This document shows positions 27,739-39,866 of a stretch of DNA of 64,000 nt, one piece after another (position 1 is the stretch's first letter; every line of letters starts with the position of its first letter). The stretch lies in assembly GCA_040954595.2 (NCBI GenBank), contig CM082591.2:1291882-1355881 (forward strand), written 5' to 3'. A program made the translations under genes and the position numbers. The notes below the pieces were generated by a model that saw only the letters and a list, made by a program, of their open reading frames with translations, was not told the DNA's origin and ran no database searches. Origin of the DNA: Balanoglossus misakiensis. Taxonomy: Eukaryota > Animalia > Hemichordata.

Positions 27739-29025
27739 TCACTCTTTAAAGAAGGATAATTTCTGCCGTCTGTAAATATCCTCAACTTTCCTATAGATTT
27801 GAATATCATAGTAGAGCGCCCTCTCGACATCGGGATCAGACGAGAGCTGGGCTACAAGCTTTTGCACAGTTTCCTCTTTTGTTTGGTTGCTGCTCTCACC
27901 TTCGATATCATACTCTCTTTCATTATACTGAGTACTGACACAAAGTGTGTAAAAGGGGAGTTTGAAAACGCGTTCAAAGAGACGAAAATTCATGTCATAT
28001 TCAGCGGTCAAACCGATAACAGCAAACCAGGACTCAATGTTGTCCAATACATAATCCAGAACCATGGCTTTGTCGGACTCGTCCATCAGAGAATCCAAAA
28101 TTAACTTATTTCGCCACCAGGGATGAATCATTTCAATGGGAGGATCTTCCTCTCCGCGCAGTTTGTTGATAACTGGGTCGTACTCATTTGTGAAAAATAC
28201 AGGATTTGCCAGCAGCTGTCGAAAGAAGAAGCTGCCTTGGTGTACAGCCCAATCATTAACAGTCATCTGGTGAATATCTCTCATGACGCACTGTGGTTGT
28301 TTTGCCGCCAGGCACATATTGTATGAAGAAATGACACGTTCATGAGGCTCTCTCACAACTGTGAAGTAAGCACACGGTCCAGTCGTGAAATCACACACAG
28401 AAAAAGTACTGTCCCCCATAAACACTTTATCCAGCAGTTGATTTCTTGTACTCTTCAGCAGATTCGTGTAAAATTCTTCAGCGTTGAAATTGGTGACGCC
28501 CATGGGACCCTCTTGTCCGCTGGATTTCACCAAATGACGGAGGCAGACCTTCGTTGTAGTACCACCAGACTTCTGATTGTGAACGAAGGCTATGGTACAG
28601 TTGGCGTAGGTCTCATCAAGCGGCATTTCTCCACCTTCATCTTTGTCTGTCGGTCTGGTGAAAAAATTCGGAAGGCTGTTACTCCTACGTAACCATGGAT
28701 ACAGTTTCCTGACCTTGGCATTATTGATGTCGAGACGTGTCTGTCTTCCTCTGAAAAGAAATAATAATACAGAAAATTTGCAATGAGTAATGTGAGTAAA
28801 ACATATGTCAGCATATGAAAACATTTGGACCCAAACTGCAGTGTTTGGCAGTTTTGCAAGTGTACAATTTTGACGCCACAGAATTCCTAACAACATCCAT
28901 CCTTACCTGTTTGCAATGTGTGACGACAGATCTCCCCAAACAAAAATCGCGTAAAGAGCAAGAAAGGAGACACATATTAATGCCACAAGAGACTTCAACT
29001 TCACGCTGTACCGTGTTAACATCAT
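27739..29025 (-). CDS. Golgi type II membrane carbohydrate sulfotransferase (Sulfotransfer_2 / HS2ST-GAL3ST-like), 2 exons (29025-28907, 28750-27739)
   Basis: Exon 1 MMLTRYSVKLKSLVALICVSFLALYAIFVWG is a signal anchor. The intron gtaagg...ttttcag joins in frame. PAPS motifs FVHNQKSGGTT and FTVVREPHERVISSY; also IGLTAEY and YYDIQIY. Confidence 0.9.
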
Positions 29026-29637
29026 TTGTGTAGATGTCCCAATCACTGTCTGCCACGACCACCAGTGAATCAAGGCCCAACCAGAGCGGTGCAACCGTAC
29101 GGAGCAAGTGGTGTTTGTCTATTAAAGGGACTGTCAGACTCCGGAGCTGGGGCTTCAGCAGGGGTGTCATACGTCACTATGTACAATAGTGTTAGATTGA
29201 TTGTGTCACAGATGTTTGACAAGGGGCTGTTTCAGACTTTGATTCATCACCGGATCGCAGTGTACGTGTGTCGCCTGCTTTGGTATTGTTCAGACGTGGA
29301 TTTATGCCTAACCTCACCATGCACATACAATTGAAGGTTAATACAAACGTAATTCAGTTGTAGACTCGAAGATCAATAGTGTTGGGATGATCTCCAAGGA
29401 TTGGCAGCTGGCATTAGGATTAGCGTTTATTGAAGCTACACACACCGACCCAGGATCAGTTCTACACAGAACAGTAACTGTCTACTAAATTTCAGATCAA
29501 TCTGTAAAGCCGTTCTTGAAATATCGATGACGCAAATACGCTTTTGCACATTTGAATGGCACTTCAGTGCTCACGTTGACGAACACATGAGTCAAGTGCT
29601 ATGAGCTATTAGGGCCAGAAGAATTGTTCCAATTGAT

Positions 29638-29753
29638 AATTTCCGCTCATTGCGTGATACTGCAAGACTTAAGTTGGCTAATTACCGTAGCAACAGGTTG
29701 TTAGCCAAGTTATACAAGTCAAGCTTTGTATGAAACTAGAATAGGTGCTGAGT
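29638..29753 (+). repeat. Dispersed ~115 bp repeat, copy 2
   Basis: Homologous to 22222-22340. Confidence 0.7.
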
Positions 29754-30531
29754 TCAAGATCTCTTAACATGTGTGCTGTTGATTTCCATGGCTAAGATGA
29801 ATCCGTAAGACCATCACTCTCAATTGCAAACGGCGCTGTGTGTGTGTGTGTGTGTGTGTGATGGGGGGGGGTTTAATCTTAATCGACAGTATTGTCGTTT
29901 TCCCGATTTTAATAAATGTGTGTATTATATATCAATCAATATCCAGGAAAACGCCGGAGAGGAAAAGGGGTGTTACTTTTTCAGGTAAGGGGGGGGGGGG
30001 TCTAAAAATTGTGGAAAATATGGCACTTATTTGCACGCCTTATGCTATAGTTTTCCTATGGTGAAAACATCTGAACAGCTCTTACAAAAAATCAAACACG
30101 GTAACATAGTTTTTTTAAATCTTTATATCATTTAATAATACTCCTCTTTTGGCATAATATAATATAATATGATATAATATAGTCTAATCTAGTCTGATCT
30201 AATCTAATCTAATATATCGATATACAAATCGCATATTACGCAATGAAATCGCTTCGAAATAAATAAAACATTAACGAAACATAATGTTCTTTCTATACTG
30301 CTTTATAATAAGCGACAATTACTTATGCGACCACTATAAATTACATGTATAACATGTGTATTCGATATGGTAGTCTACTTGCAAACACGCACGGTACATG
30401 TATATGATTTCTAAGTTATGACATCGATTCACCAGAAGTAAATAGGCCACATAAAGTAAGCTAATTGTTTTAAAGATATCAATTACAATAACTAATAGAT
30501 TGAATGCCTGGTTTCGTCCAGACAAACACGT

Positions 30532-31647
30532 TCATTGGTTTGCAGGTCCTACTTGATTTGTGCCAGGTGCGACCGCGTTGCGATTCCCCCTGTTGATGCC
30601 AATAGGTGTCACGTTGTTCTTTCGACATCGAACGCATAGCAGGTGCTTGAAGGTGAAACGGAATCTCTGAACTGTCATGGCATATAGGAAAGGGTTTATT
30701 GTAGAATTGGTCCACAACAACCAGTTGACTATGTCCCAAGCCAGGTCGCTGTACCACTCGTCGAATATGGTGATCAGGATGGTGTAGATGCAGAACGGGG
30801 CCCAGCAGACCAAAAAGACACCAACCAAGATACTCAACTTCTTTGCCGCTTTTACATGCCTTGATAGTTGTATATTCCTCAAACTTCCATGAGACCCGCT
30901 TGTCCCGACAGCAACATTACCAGTAATATTAGGTATCTGCGCGCCTGCAGGTACAGTAGCTTGCCTGGCCAGAGCTTGGCCATGCGTCGATCCATCTCTC
31001 TGCAAGTCGTTGGCGATCTGAAGAGACCGCTGGCGGATGTTAATGTACAGGTTTAAGTTCAGGTATGAGATTATGAGGAAAGGGATAAGAAACTCAACAA
31101 GCAATATGGAAACAGTGTAGGGCAACACATGCTCACCCATTTCACTTATTTCGGCTTCGCAAATTTCTGTGTAATTGATGTTTTGCTCCCCAGTGATAGC
31201 TGACCACGACAAAATGACCGGCATGTGCGTCCCAGTCGCTAGTAACCACGACAAAGTACAAACAAACACAACACGCTTTCGTGTCTGCTGGCTTGAATAT
31301 TGCAGTTGTTTAGTCACCATGCAGTATCGATCCCAGCTGATCAGAATGATGGCCAAAACCGACTCAAAACAGGCGACAAAATCTACGACCAACATAAACT
31401 TGCACATTGTCTCTCCATAGGGCCAGAAGTCGTGCAGAATCCAGGAACAGTGGAAAGGCATGGAGACCAAACCAACTAGCAGATCCGCAACTGCCAGATT
31501 CACAAGGTAATAGTTGCTCATGAGGAGTCTTAGCTTGCGGTCAACGATGAAGGCAAATATGACCAGCAAGTTTCCAAAAATGGTGACGGCAGCGATGGTT
31601 GCAGTTGTCAGCCCTACCAAGGCGTAGTATACACCGTCAGACGACAT
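30532..31647 (-). CDS. Intronless aminergic class A GPCR (histamine H3/H4- or muscarinic-like)
   Basis: FGNLLV, NLAVADLLVG, TM3 Asp (LVVDFVAC), SWDRY, LVEFLIPF, CWAPF, WLLWTNSTINPFLY. Confidence 0.92.
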   Translation of the reverse strand: MSSDGVYYALVGLTTATIAAVTIFGNLLVIFAFIVDRKLRLLMSNYYLVNLAVADLLVGLVSMPFHCSWILHDFWPYGETMCKFMLVVDFVACFESVLAIILISWDRYCMVTKQLQYSSQQTRKRVVFVCTLSWLLATGTHMPVILSWSAITGEQNINYTEICEAEISEMGEHVLPYTVSILLVEFLIPFLIISYLNLNLYINIRQRSLQIANDLQRDGSTHGQALARQATVPAGAQIPNITGNVAVGTSGSHGSLRNIQLSRHVKAAKKLSILVGVFLVCWAPFCIYTILITIFDEWYSDLAWDIVNWLLWTNSTINPFLYAMTVQRFRFTFKHLLCVRCRKNNVTPIGINRGNRNAVAPGTNQVGPANQ

Positions 31648-33003
31648 GGTTGTGTTCAGTCGGCTTAAGTCCCGTGATGTCTATTCTGGTCTGTTCACTC
31701 AGACGTTGCTTCAGTGATATTGACGTGTGCAAAGGGCTCACAATTTGTCATCCAAATGATGACCATCGTAATTGGCGAAAAATTGGGCTTAGCTTGACCA
31801 GTGGCGATCGCGAGTCGCCGGCACGTGACCACGTTATTGTGTCAAGTGGAGGAGGCAATTAAGCAGAATGAGCGACGCTTCGACAAAGAGCAAGCCACAG
31901 GAAAGTAGAGTTGATAAGCATCATTGTTGTTGCTAACCTTGGTGTTCTCGTGCATCCTGTCAATCTCCTGATGAGTTTCATTTTGTAACAACTGCGCCAG
32001 AAGACAACTCAGTATGTGCAGATGTTCACTTTAATATCAACGGCCTCCCCCCCCCCAAGTGATAAACACAATGGTTCAGTGTGCTAGGTATTGGTTGTAT
32101 CATTTTCCATAAATTGTATGTCGGTAAATTTCAGGTTTACATCTTCTGCTTTTTTCTTTAAGTAGTATGCACAGAGGCTATTACGTCACCGATACACTGC
32201 AACAATAAAAGTTCATGGAAAGCATTGTAATCGCACCACATCACACCAGTCTGTCTTTCTCTTTGTGTCTGTGAATCTGTTTCTCTTGATCTGTCTACCA
32301 GCAAATACATGATCTGTCTACCCTCACATACATCATGCATATGCTGGTAGACCAAGCAAGTATGTTTTTCTCTCTGCTGTCAGTCAGTCTGTGTATTTGG
32401 AGGAGGTTTTACATTAACATTCAGTTCATCAGCTCACCTAGGCACATATTTACAATATATTTGCCATTAAACTCATAACTTCCAACCATGTCACAACTCA
32501 CATCAAATGGAGTTTCTTCCATTTTCTTTTTCGCCTAAATAGCGCCACTAGCGACAAACACCGATAAATGTATGTTGTGAATTTGTGAATGATTAATAAA
32601 TATTTGTCCTGCCATAGACTTTGAACCGTACGTAGAAAACACTGCAAACTCAACATCCGTTTGTTTTAATATTTATCAAGTAATATCGGTCACAGCTTGA
32701 GATTCTTCGTCGCATATAAGGGAAACAGGAGAGACGACGGTCAAATCTTAGAAACAAAGTTTTGTGGACAGGTGAGTGTAAAATTAATCCTCAATGTGTG
32801 CAAGGCAAAATGTGTAATGGTTCGACTGTTGCACGAGAAGAAACGCTCTGTTCCGGTAACAGTTTTGCGAGTGGACGAGACCTTTTATATAACATACATT
32901 TGGTTGGTTTTTTTTCTTGCAAAATCAGGCTGTCCTTTACCCTCATCATATAACCCATCCATCTAGTCACGTGATGTAGGAACTACCCAAAACGCAGAAA
33001 AAG

Positions 33004-34538
33004 ATGCCTTGGTTCGGTCGCCGAGAAGAACCGTCCACCATATTTAATCCGGGTCACCAGGATGGAGACACAGAGACGTTTGGTCGACAACCCATGATTG
33101 GGTTGCGAATGAACTTTAAGCACAGATTAGTCTTTGCGTTGAATGTGGGACAGATACTAGCAGCCATTCCCTGCATCGTTGTTGGAAGCGTCGCCATAGT
33201 GATGGAGTGTTCCCTTGCTAGACTCGGAGTACCAGTTTGGTGTGGTCTCCTGGTAAGTAGCCCCCCTGCGTGTACTTATTTCCGAAGCCTTACTGTCCAC
33301 CAACGAGGACTTGAGAACGTGCACAAATTGTACATATTGAAATTCTTGTATAAATATCAGACACGTCATTTTCTGTTGATTCTTTCAGTTTCTGGCAGCG
33401 GGTATGCAAGGTATTATAGCAGCAAGGAAGAAGAACACGTTTATGGTAAGTTAAGCAAACTTGGTTGCTGGTATATGTTAACAATATGTGTAAACAGGCT
33501 GTAAAGATGTGCTGGCTCTCTTGTTACACGCTGAAGATCATGCAAAACTATGATAATGCACAAAAGAGGCCAAACCCCCTGCTCCCCGCCGCTAGCTGCG
33601 CTGTTCTGCGAAAGGGGTTAGGTACTGTCGGCCATTTTAGTTTGGAGCGTATAATGGCGGACACCAGTCCAGCACGTGATCAGCAAGATGGCTGCGTCCA
33701 CGCTCCGCAGGTCAGATAATTTCAGACAGTCAAATTGCTTTCGTCTAGAACTAGAGTGCGATAGTAAGCGTCTAACCAGAGTCTCGATGACATTTTTGTT
33801 TCAGGTGATGGCTGCAATGATTTTGTCGATATTGGCTACCGGTGGTTCCTTGGCTGTCATGGTAACCGCCATCTACGCATTGTTTCGAGACTCGACGTAC
33901 CAGGACTGTTACAGATACAGTGAGTGTGTTCCGGTAAGTATTCTTCGTGAAAGCAGTCTTGTGCATGCGTCTTTTCGTGTTTTTTATTCAAACGCAGTAA
34001 AATCAACATTTATTCCTTACAGCCTGGTTGTGTTGTCGGAGATCTGATGGTCCTGTTGGCAAGCGTTGCAGAGTGCGCATGTGCAGTGATAACTATAATT
34101 TTGTGCGGTCAAGCAGTGTGCAGATGTAAACGAAATAGTTACCGGGTAAGACTCTTTTGAATATTGTTCAGACAATGATTTTCCCATCCTTTTCATGAAA
34201 CAAGTTTGTTGCCCGATTACCTCCAGGGGAAAACATCTCGTTTATGTAACTGATTTTCTTTGCACACACTCACAACCCCGTGAAACTTTTCCTCTCCCCA
34301 ATAGTCCGGACGGCCATACATCGTTCTTGACAACTCCGAGCCCCAGCCACTGCTTTCCGGCGTCCAAGGGGCGCCAACCATGGCAGGAACTGTAGTTGTG
34401 GATCCGGGAGGACAAGCGACCTCTAACGGCCACCTGAGATCCTCGACCATGAATGAACCGGGTGAGATGCACATTGTACTTTGATTTCAATTCTTGGTTA
34501 CAAAATGGTGGTGGTGGTGGTGGTGGTGGTGGTGGTGG

Positions 34539-34605
<67 letters not shown>

Positions 34606-34856
34606 CTCTCATATATTCCACAGCATCTGAATTCTTCCAGCCAATGACACTGTCGCCTTCGGAGTTACCAGTGCACTCAGGTGGAACAGGGTCTTGGCTC
34701 ACTGCCAGAAACACCAACATCCAAGCAAATACGCGTGCGCAGCAAGGAAGTCAAAACTTTAATACTAATGTCAATAATATCGGTCAAGATGCCTCACATC
34801 ATGGAGTGAATTTAGACAATAACCAGAGTTCTGAGATACGCGATTCAACTTGTTGA
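33004..34856 (+). CDS. MS4A/CD20-like four-TM protein, locus 1 (6 exons)
   Basis: Exons ~33004-33252, 33390-33446, 33805-33933, 34023-34145, 34305-34461, 34624-34856 join in frame. TM1 LNVGQIL, TM2 GVPVWCGLLV, TM3 MAAMILSILA, Cys loop, TM4 ASVAECACAVITIILC. Confidence 0.75.
34507..34605. repeat. Compound microsatellite (GGT)11(GAT)22, intronic
   Basis: Directly visible, just upstream of the last-exon acceptor at ~34623. Confidence 0.95.
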
Positions 34857-36930
34857 AATTTGGAATCATCGGACACTCAGGATTGGATAGGTTGACCACT
34901 GATGTGTTGGAGTTTCAGATGAGCTCTGTAAAAAGATTTTCCATGTTGTGAGATGGTGTTGGGGTCACTTTCCCTTATCTCAAATCCTGCGTGACTCAAT
35001 CTACTTTGCTTACTTAAACACCATTTCATCTTTGGAGATTTGTTTTAGATTCCCATTGCCTTTTGAAAATGTTATCATATCAATCCTTGACAATGGATTG
35101 GCTGCTTACTCGTATGCTTTGAATGGACCGTCATGATTTACAAAGTCGTTGTTACTTTTAAAAATGTTAGTGTATAAATGTGTCGCCATTTAATTCTTAT
35201 AACCGAATAAGACACTATAAATATGTACTGTATAGCGTTTCCGTCAATTAACAATTTCATGTAGAACGTATACAACTGTGTATACAGATTTCCATTGGTC
35301 GAGAGTGGTCACGTGCATTTCGTAGGTTCGCCAGGTGCTCTCACTCACTCACATTGACACGTGCCACTTCATTCGTGTCGCCATTTTCACGGCGAAAGAA
35401 TCATGTCGGATGAGGAGAGTCCATTCATTATCCAAAACACGTTAGAAGTGAAGCCGGACAGCATGAAGTGACTGACGTGACAAGGATGACTGCAGACTGG
35501 TTCTACCAGGATTTTGGAGAACTCGGAGAGATGCTCAGAACTCGGTGTCGGAAGAAACTCCTTCGGGTGGGGTCTAATTTTACTTTTCTGGCAACACGGT
35601 AGCTGTTGCCGTCAAGAGGCGTGTAGTTCACGCGTCGCGTACGACGAGGAATTTTGCCGCAGTCTGATCAACCAAGCAAGAAGTGAGTACACGTCCTCTT
35701 CTTATCATATTGAAAGCGTGGCTTGATTACTGTTTCACACTCCCCCAGAACAAGATGGCAACTGTACACATTCATGACACTTGAAATTTACCTGTGGAAA
35801 ACGCCAATCATTGCGGAATCGTTTTCTGTGGAATATTGAATTGTAATCTTATCCTGACCAAGAATTTATAAGAATATTCCCTTCCTCGTTTCTAAGGATT
35901 TCATTAATCTTCATCGACATGTTGACAGAGAGTGTCGTACAAGAAATGCGGAAGAAACTGGTTTGTTACGTAATCCATTTTTGTCATCCGAGTTTTAATA
36001 CGGAACAAACATCAAATGGCCATGAAACGGCATTAATATTGCACACGCACGTAAATGTCTGAAATATTTTACAAGATTGCAGATTGCACAGATTTTGATG
36101 TTAATTGTAGAATCTAAGATTCTTTGTCTGCATGGCCAATTGCAGAAAGCTACCAGCTGCCGGAATCATGGGTGTAGACATGACGTCAAGCTGTATTATC
36201 GCAACATTCATAATTTTATGACAAGATAATTTAATCAGAAGTTTCTTAGAGATACCAAAGGTATACCCACAGAAAGCTCTTTTATTGAACATTATTTCTG
36301 TACAATCATAAGTTCAACTCGTTTACTTTTAATAACAACTTACTCAGTCGTGTCAAGCGGTCAGGAGTCGACTGTCGCATGAAAATATCACACGTGTACG
36401 GTACTGCATCTTGACGTTTTGTCCCGAACGTATTCCGAAGGTGTGTCGTTGACCTTTGCTTCGGTTACACCTCAGGCTGACATCCGGACTAATGTCTAAA
36501 GTTCAGAGAACGCTCTCTGGGCAGTAACCACAGCAACATAACAGCAACAGACTTACACGCCTAGTGATTGTAGAACGTGTATAAAGCAAGTTCGTTCACC
36601 TTGGACAAGCAAAGACCTACACACCACAAAGTTGGCCGCAGTCAGATTAAAGTTCACACCGCCTGAACCGATCTCATTTATTTTGAAATCCGGGCAAACG
36701 ATGGGCGAGTCTGTGACGTCAACAATTCCCCACCTTTGTGGGGAACGATTAGAACCACCCATCTTAAATGACGTAAAGGTCAACAAGAAAATGAATATAA
36801 GCTTTCTCAAGATTGGGGAAAAGTCAGTATCCACTCCACTTCCAAGCAACTCCAACTTGTATGTTGTTAAACTTATTTATTATTTATACATCTATTTATT
36901 AGTATACTGTACGTTTGACTTCTAGAGATC

Positions 36931-39866
36931 ATGGTAAGTAGGGAGTCAAATTGTACAGATTTAGTGTAGATTTTGACCATCTTACAAAAGAATGTGGCCG
37001 GGGATGTGTTACAGGACAAGTCGCTATTTCTCTGAGCAGATTGTGTTAACAGTTGTGGCACAAATCTCCCTTGGATCTTCACTGAATGGTTAAATGTACA
37101 TTGCCTTCACACTGATGCAGAACACATCTGATACGACAAGCAACGATCATGATAGTGTGTGTGTAAGTGTTGACCAAAATGTGAATCTGCCCCCACAGTA
37201 ACCTGGAATTTTTCTTGTTTTCTTTCTAGACAAGACTTCTTAATTCGGTAATCTTATCACTTGCTGTCTTCCAATTCCTGGTCGCTGTTGTTACATCATC
37301 TCTTGTAACCGGTCAACTCTGCATCCGCTGGGGAGGCGTCGAGGTGAGTTCAAAGGTCACAGGCAACCATCTTTGCATGAAATGTGAAAATGTTACAATA
37401 TTCATGTGTGTGGATATTGATTGTGTGTGCTTCTGTTAGACACAAAAAGGTGACACCTTCCGACAGTCACTTATAGTACTTTCCGTTCATGTCTTTCTAC
37501 GAACCGCTTCTGTTAAATCTTCGATGATGTTCCAACTGCAATTAAGCAGTGAAATCATAATTATAAAATATATTCTAGAATTCACGATCCATGCATCATC
37601 CATGGAAATTATAAATATTTCCTTTTTTTTCGACAGATTGCTTGTGCGGAAATATCCACAGGGACATTTTTAGCGAACCAACAAACCCACAATAACGAGG
37701 GTGGTAAGTTGAATTTTTTGTCATTACGTAGCTAAAGTTATTCCCCCTTTTAAAAGTTGCTTGTTTACCTTACTTTACGTGTAATATCACGTAGACAGTG
37801 GTAGTCTGATAGCATCGATAGTATTGACCCTTGTCACGTGGTGTTCCACTATCTGAGAATTGATATGGCATGGTAGTCCTTCAACACTTGATTGTACGTA
37901 GCATACTCCAACCGAATATTGTGTTGGCGATTTACAAAGGGTAAAATCATCTTTCTAGCTTTGGTCTGCTCAAATTCATCAAAGAAGGGAAAAAATACAT
38001 TTTTACTGAAGATCTGTTCCATAGTATCATTGATATATCGAAGTGGAAATCAGCGTCGTATATCAAGCATGATTAATTGCTACACTACACGCAATTTTGC
38101 GTGGGATGGGTGTTGGCGTGGGCTGGTTGGAAACCGCACGTTCCTTCAGGTCATGAACTCCTCTGTGCCAAAGCACTGTTAGTTACAGCCCCTTTAATAA
38201 CAGGCCATTTATTTGCCTGACAAACATTTCAGTCAGAATATGAAAGATTGACAAACATCCACTAATGCGAGAACCTGGGATTGTGAAGGTTTGCTTTGAA
38301 ATTCCACATGGCCTAGACAGAGTCTTGTTGTATACCTGCACCACAGTCCCTAAAAGATAGGGGTAGCGTGCACGCACACGAATTGAAGATAGTGTTAATA
38401 ATCAAACTATAGAAGAGCTCTGTAATCTCTTCAACAAACATTTTGCTACCAGATACCGTCTACATAACTGTCCCACCCAGAATAATTGAACAAACACGTC
38501 TCTGTAAGGCATCGTCCTTGTTGTCTGAATTTCAGAGTGTCTCCCTCTCTCTCACCAATCAGGTGACAGTCAAACCGAAGAAGACTCGTTCGTCCAGAGC
38601 TTTAAACATCCTGAAAACGCAGATCTTTCCGATTCGAGAATATTAGACCAGATGGAAACAAAAGCAGGCGACATCGCGACAGACATGAACCAGTATCTTT
38701 CACAAAATCAACAGATGGATAGTTTTAGACTGCCAGCAGATGTGCAGGGCTCCAAGACGAAGCTGTCAAATCCACGTGAATTAAACGATGCCAATTCCCT
38801 GTCTCGCTATGGTGAGCCAAATGGAACCTTGTCAAATGGAGGATCAGACGCTGGACCTGTATTTCGCTCAAGTGGAACTTCAGTGGAAGTGCAAAGCGAT
38901 CAGCCATCTGATAAGGACCGCATGTCTGCCAAATTTCCGTCGCAGCCAAGCACACCAATCCGAATTACAGCGGTTGGTGAGAAAGGAAAAGCCGAAGGGA
39001 ATTCTGGGAGATACCTGTCACAACCACAGAAGCCGGTTGTGTTTAAAATCACAAAATCAACTCGAAATGATGACGTGAATGCAGAGTATCTGACCCAGCC
39101 GGATAAACCCACCATTATAGCACCTCAAAGTGAAGAAAGCGAAGTTGATGGCGTGACTGGAATGTATCTATCACAACCTGATGAACCCATCGTCATTCCC
39201 ATGGAAACAGGAGAAGTCAACTCCAGGTACCTTTCTCAACCAGCAAAACCAATCGTCATCACAGCAGAAAGCAATGAAACCGAAGTTGATGGCGTTTCCG
39301 GCAAATATCTCTCTCAGCCAGGCGAACCGATCATCATGCCATCAGCAACAGGAGATGTCAGCTCGCAATATTTATCTCAACCAGCAAAGCCAGTTGTCAT
39401 CACAGCAGAAAGCAATGAAACCGAAGTTGATGGCGTTTCCGGCAAATATCTCTCTCAGCCAGGCGAACCGATCATCATGCCATCAGCAACAGGAGATGTC
39501 AGCTCGCAATATTTATCTCAACCAGGCCAACCCATTGTCATCACAGCAGAAAGCAATGAAACCGAAGTTGATGGTGTTTCCGGCAAATACCTCTCTCAGC
39601 CAGGCGAACCGATCATCATGCCATCAGCCACAGGAGATGTCAGCTCGCAATATTTATCCCAACCAAGCCAACCCATTGTCATCACAGCAGAAAGCAACGA
39701 AACCGAAGTAGATGGTGTTTCTGGCGAATACCTCTCTCAACCAGGCGAACCGATCATCATGCCCTTAGCGTCGACCGAAACGGACACTGATTACCTGTCA
39801 CAGCCAGATCAGCCAACACTTGCATCTCAAAATGATCAAGAAAGTGTTAACAACAGGGAAACGTAA
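36931..39866 (+). CDS. MS4A-derived locus 2: TM4-like hydrophobic exon plus a long YLSQP-repeat tail; 5' structure uncertain
   Basis: ATG|gtaagt at 36931-36933; exon 37230-37343 TRLLNSVILSLAVFQFLVAVVTSSLVTGQLC; exon 37637-37703; last exon 38563-39866 in frame with the 404-aa ORF. TATA-like gtataaag at ~36580. Confidence 0.6.
39100..39810 (+). repeat. Coding tandem repeat, 141 bp / 47 aa, ~4.5 copies
   Basis: acagcagaaagcaa recurs at 39261, 39402, 39543 and 39684. Confidence 0.95.

Noticed and set aside
28590-28906. Apparent double frameshift or TM segment (MLTYVLLTLLIANFLYYYFF) at the sulfotransferase N-terminus
   Set aside because: 28906-28751 is a canonical GT-AG intron; the true signal anchor is in exon 29025-28907 and joins in frame.
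34453-34720. Poly-His and poly-Gly/Asp ORFs
   Set aside because: Translations of an intronic (GGT)(GAT) microsatellite.
35402-35726. Exon-like CpG-rich segment ending in gtgagt as the first coding exon of MS4A locus 2
   Set aside because: All three frames have stops and there is no TM1/TM2 pattern; at most a non-coding or decayed exon.
39181-39711. Overlapping 176-aa Gln/Ser-rich ORF
   Set aside because: Alternate frame of the 141-bp tandem repeat; it stays open only because the unit lacks a stop in that frame.
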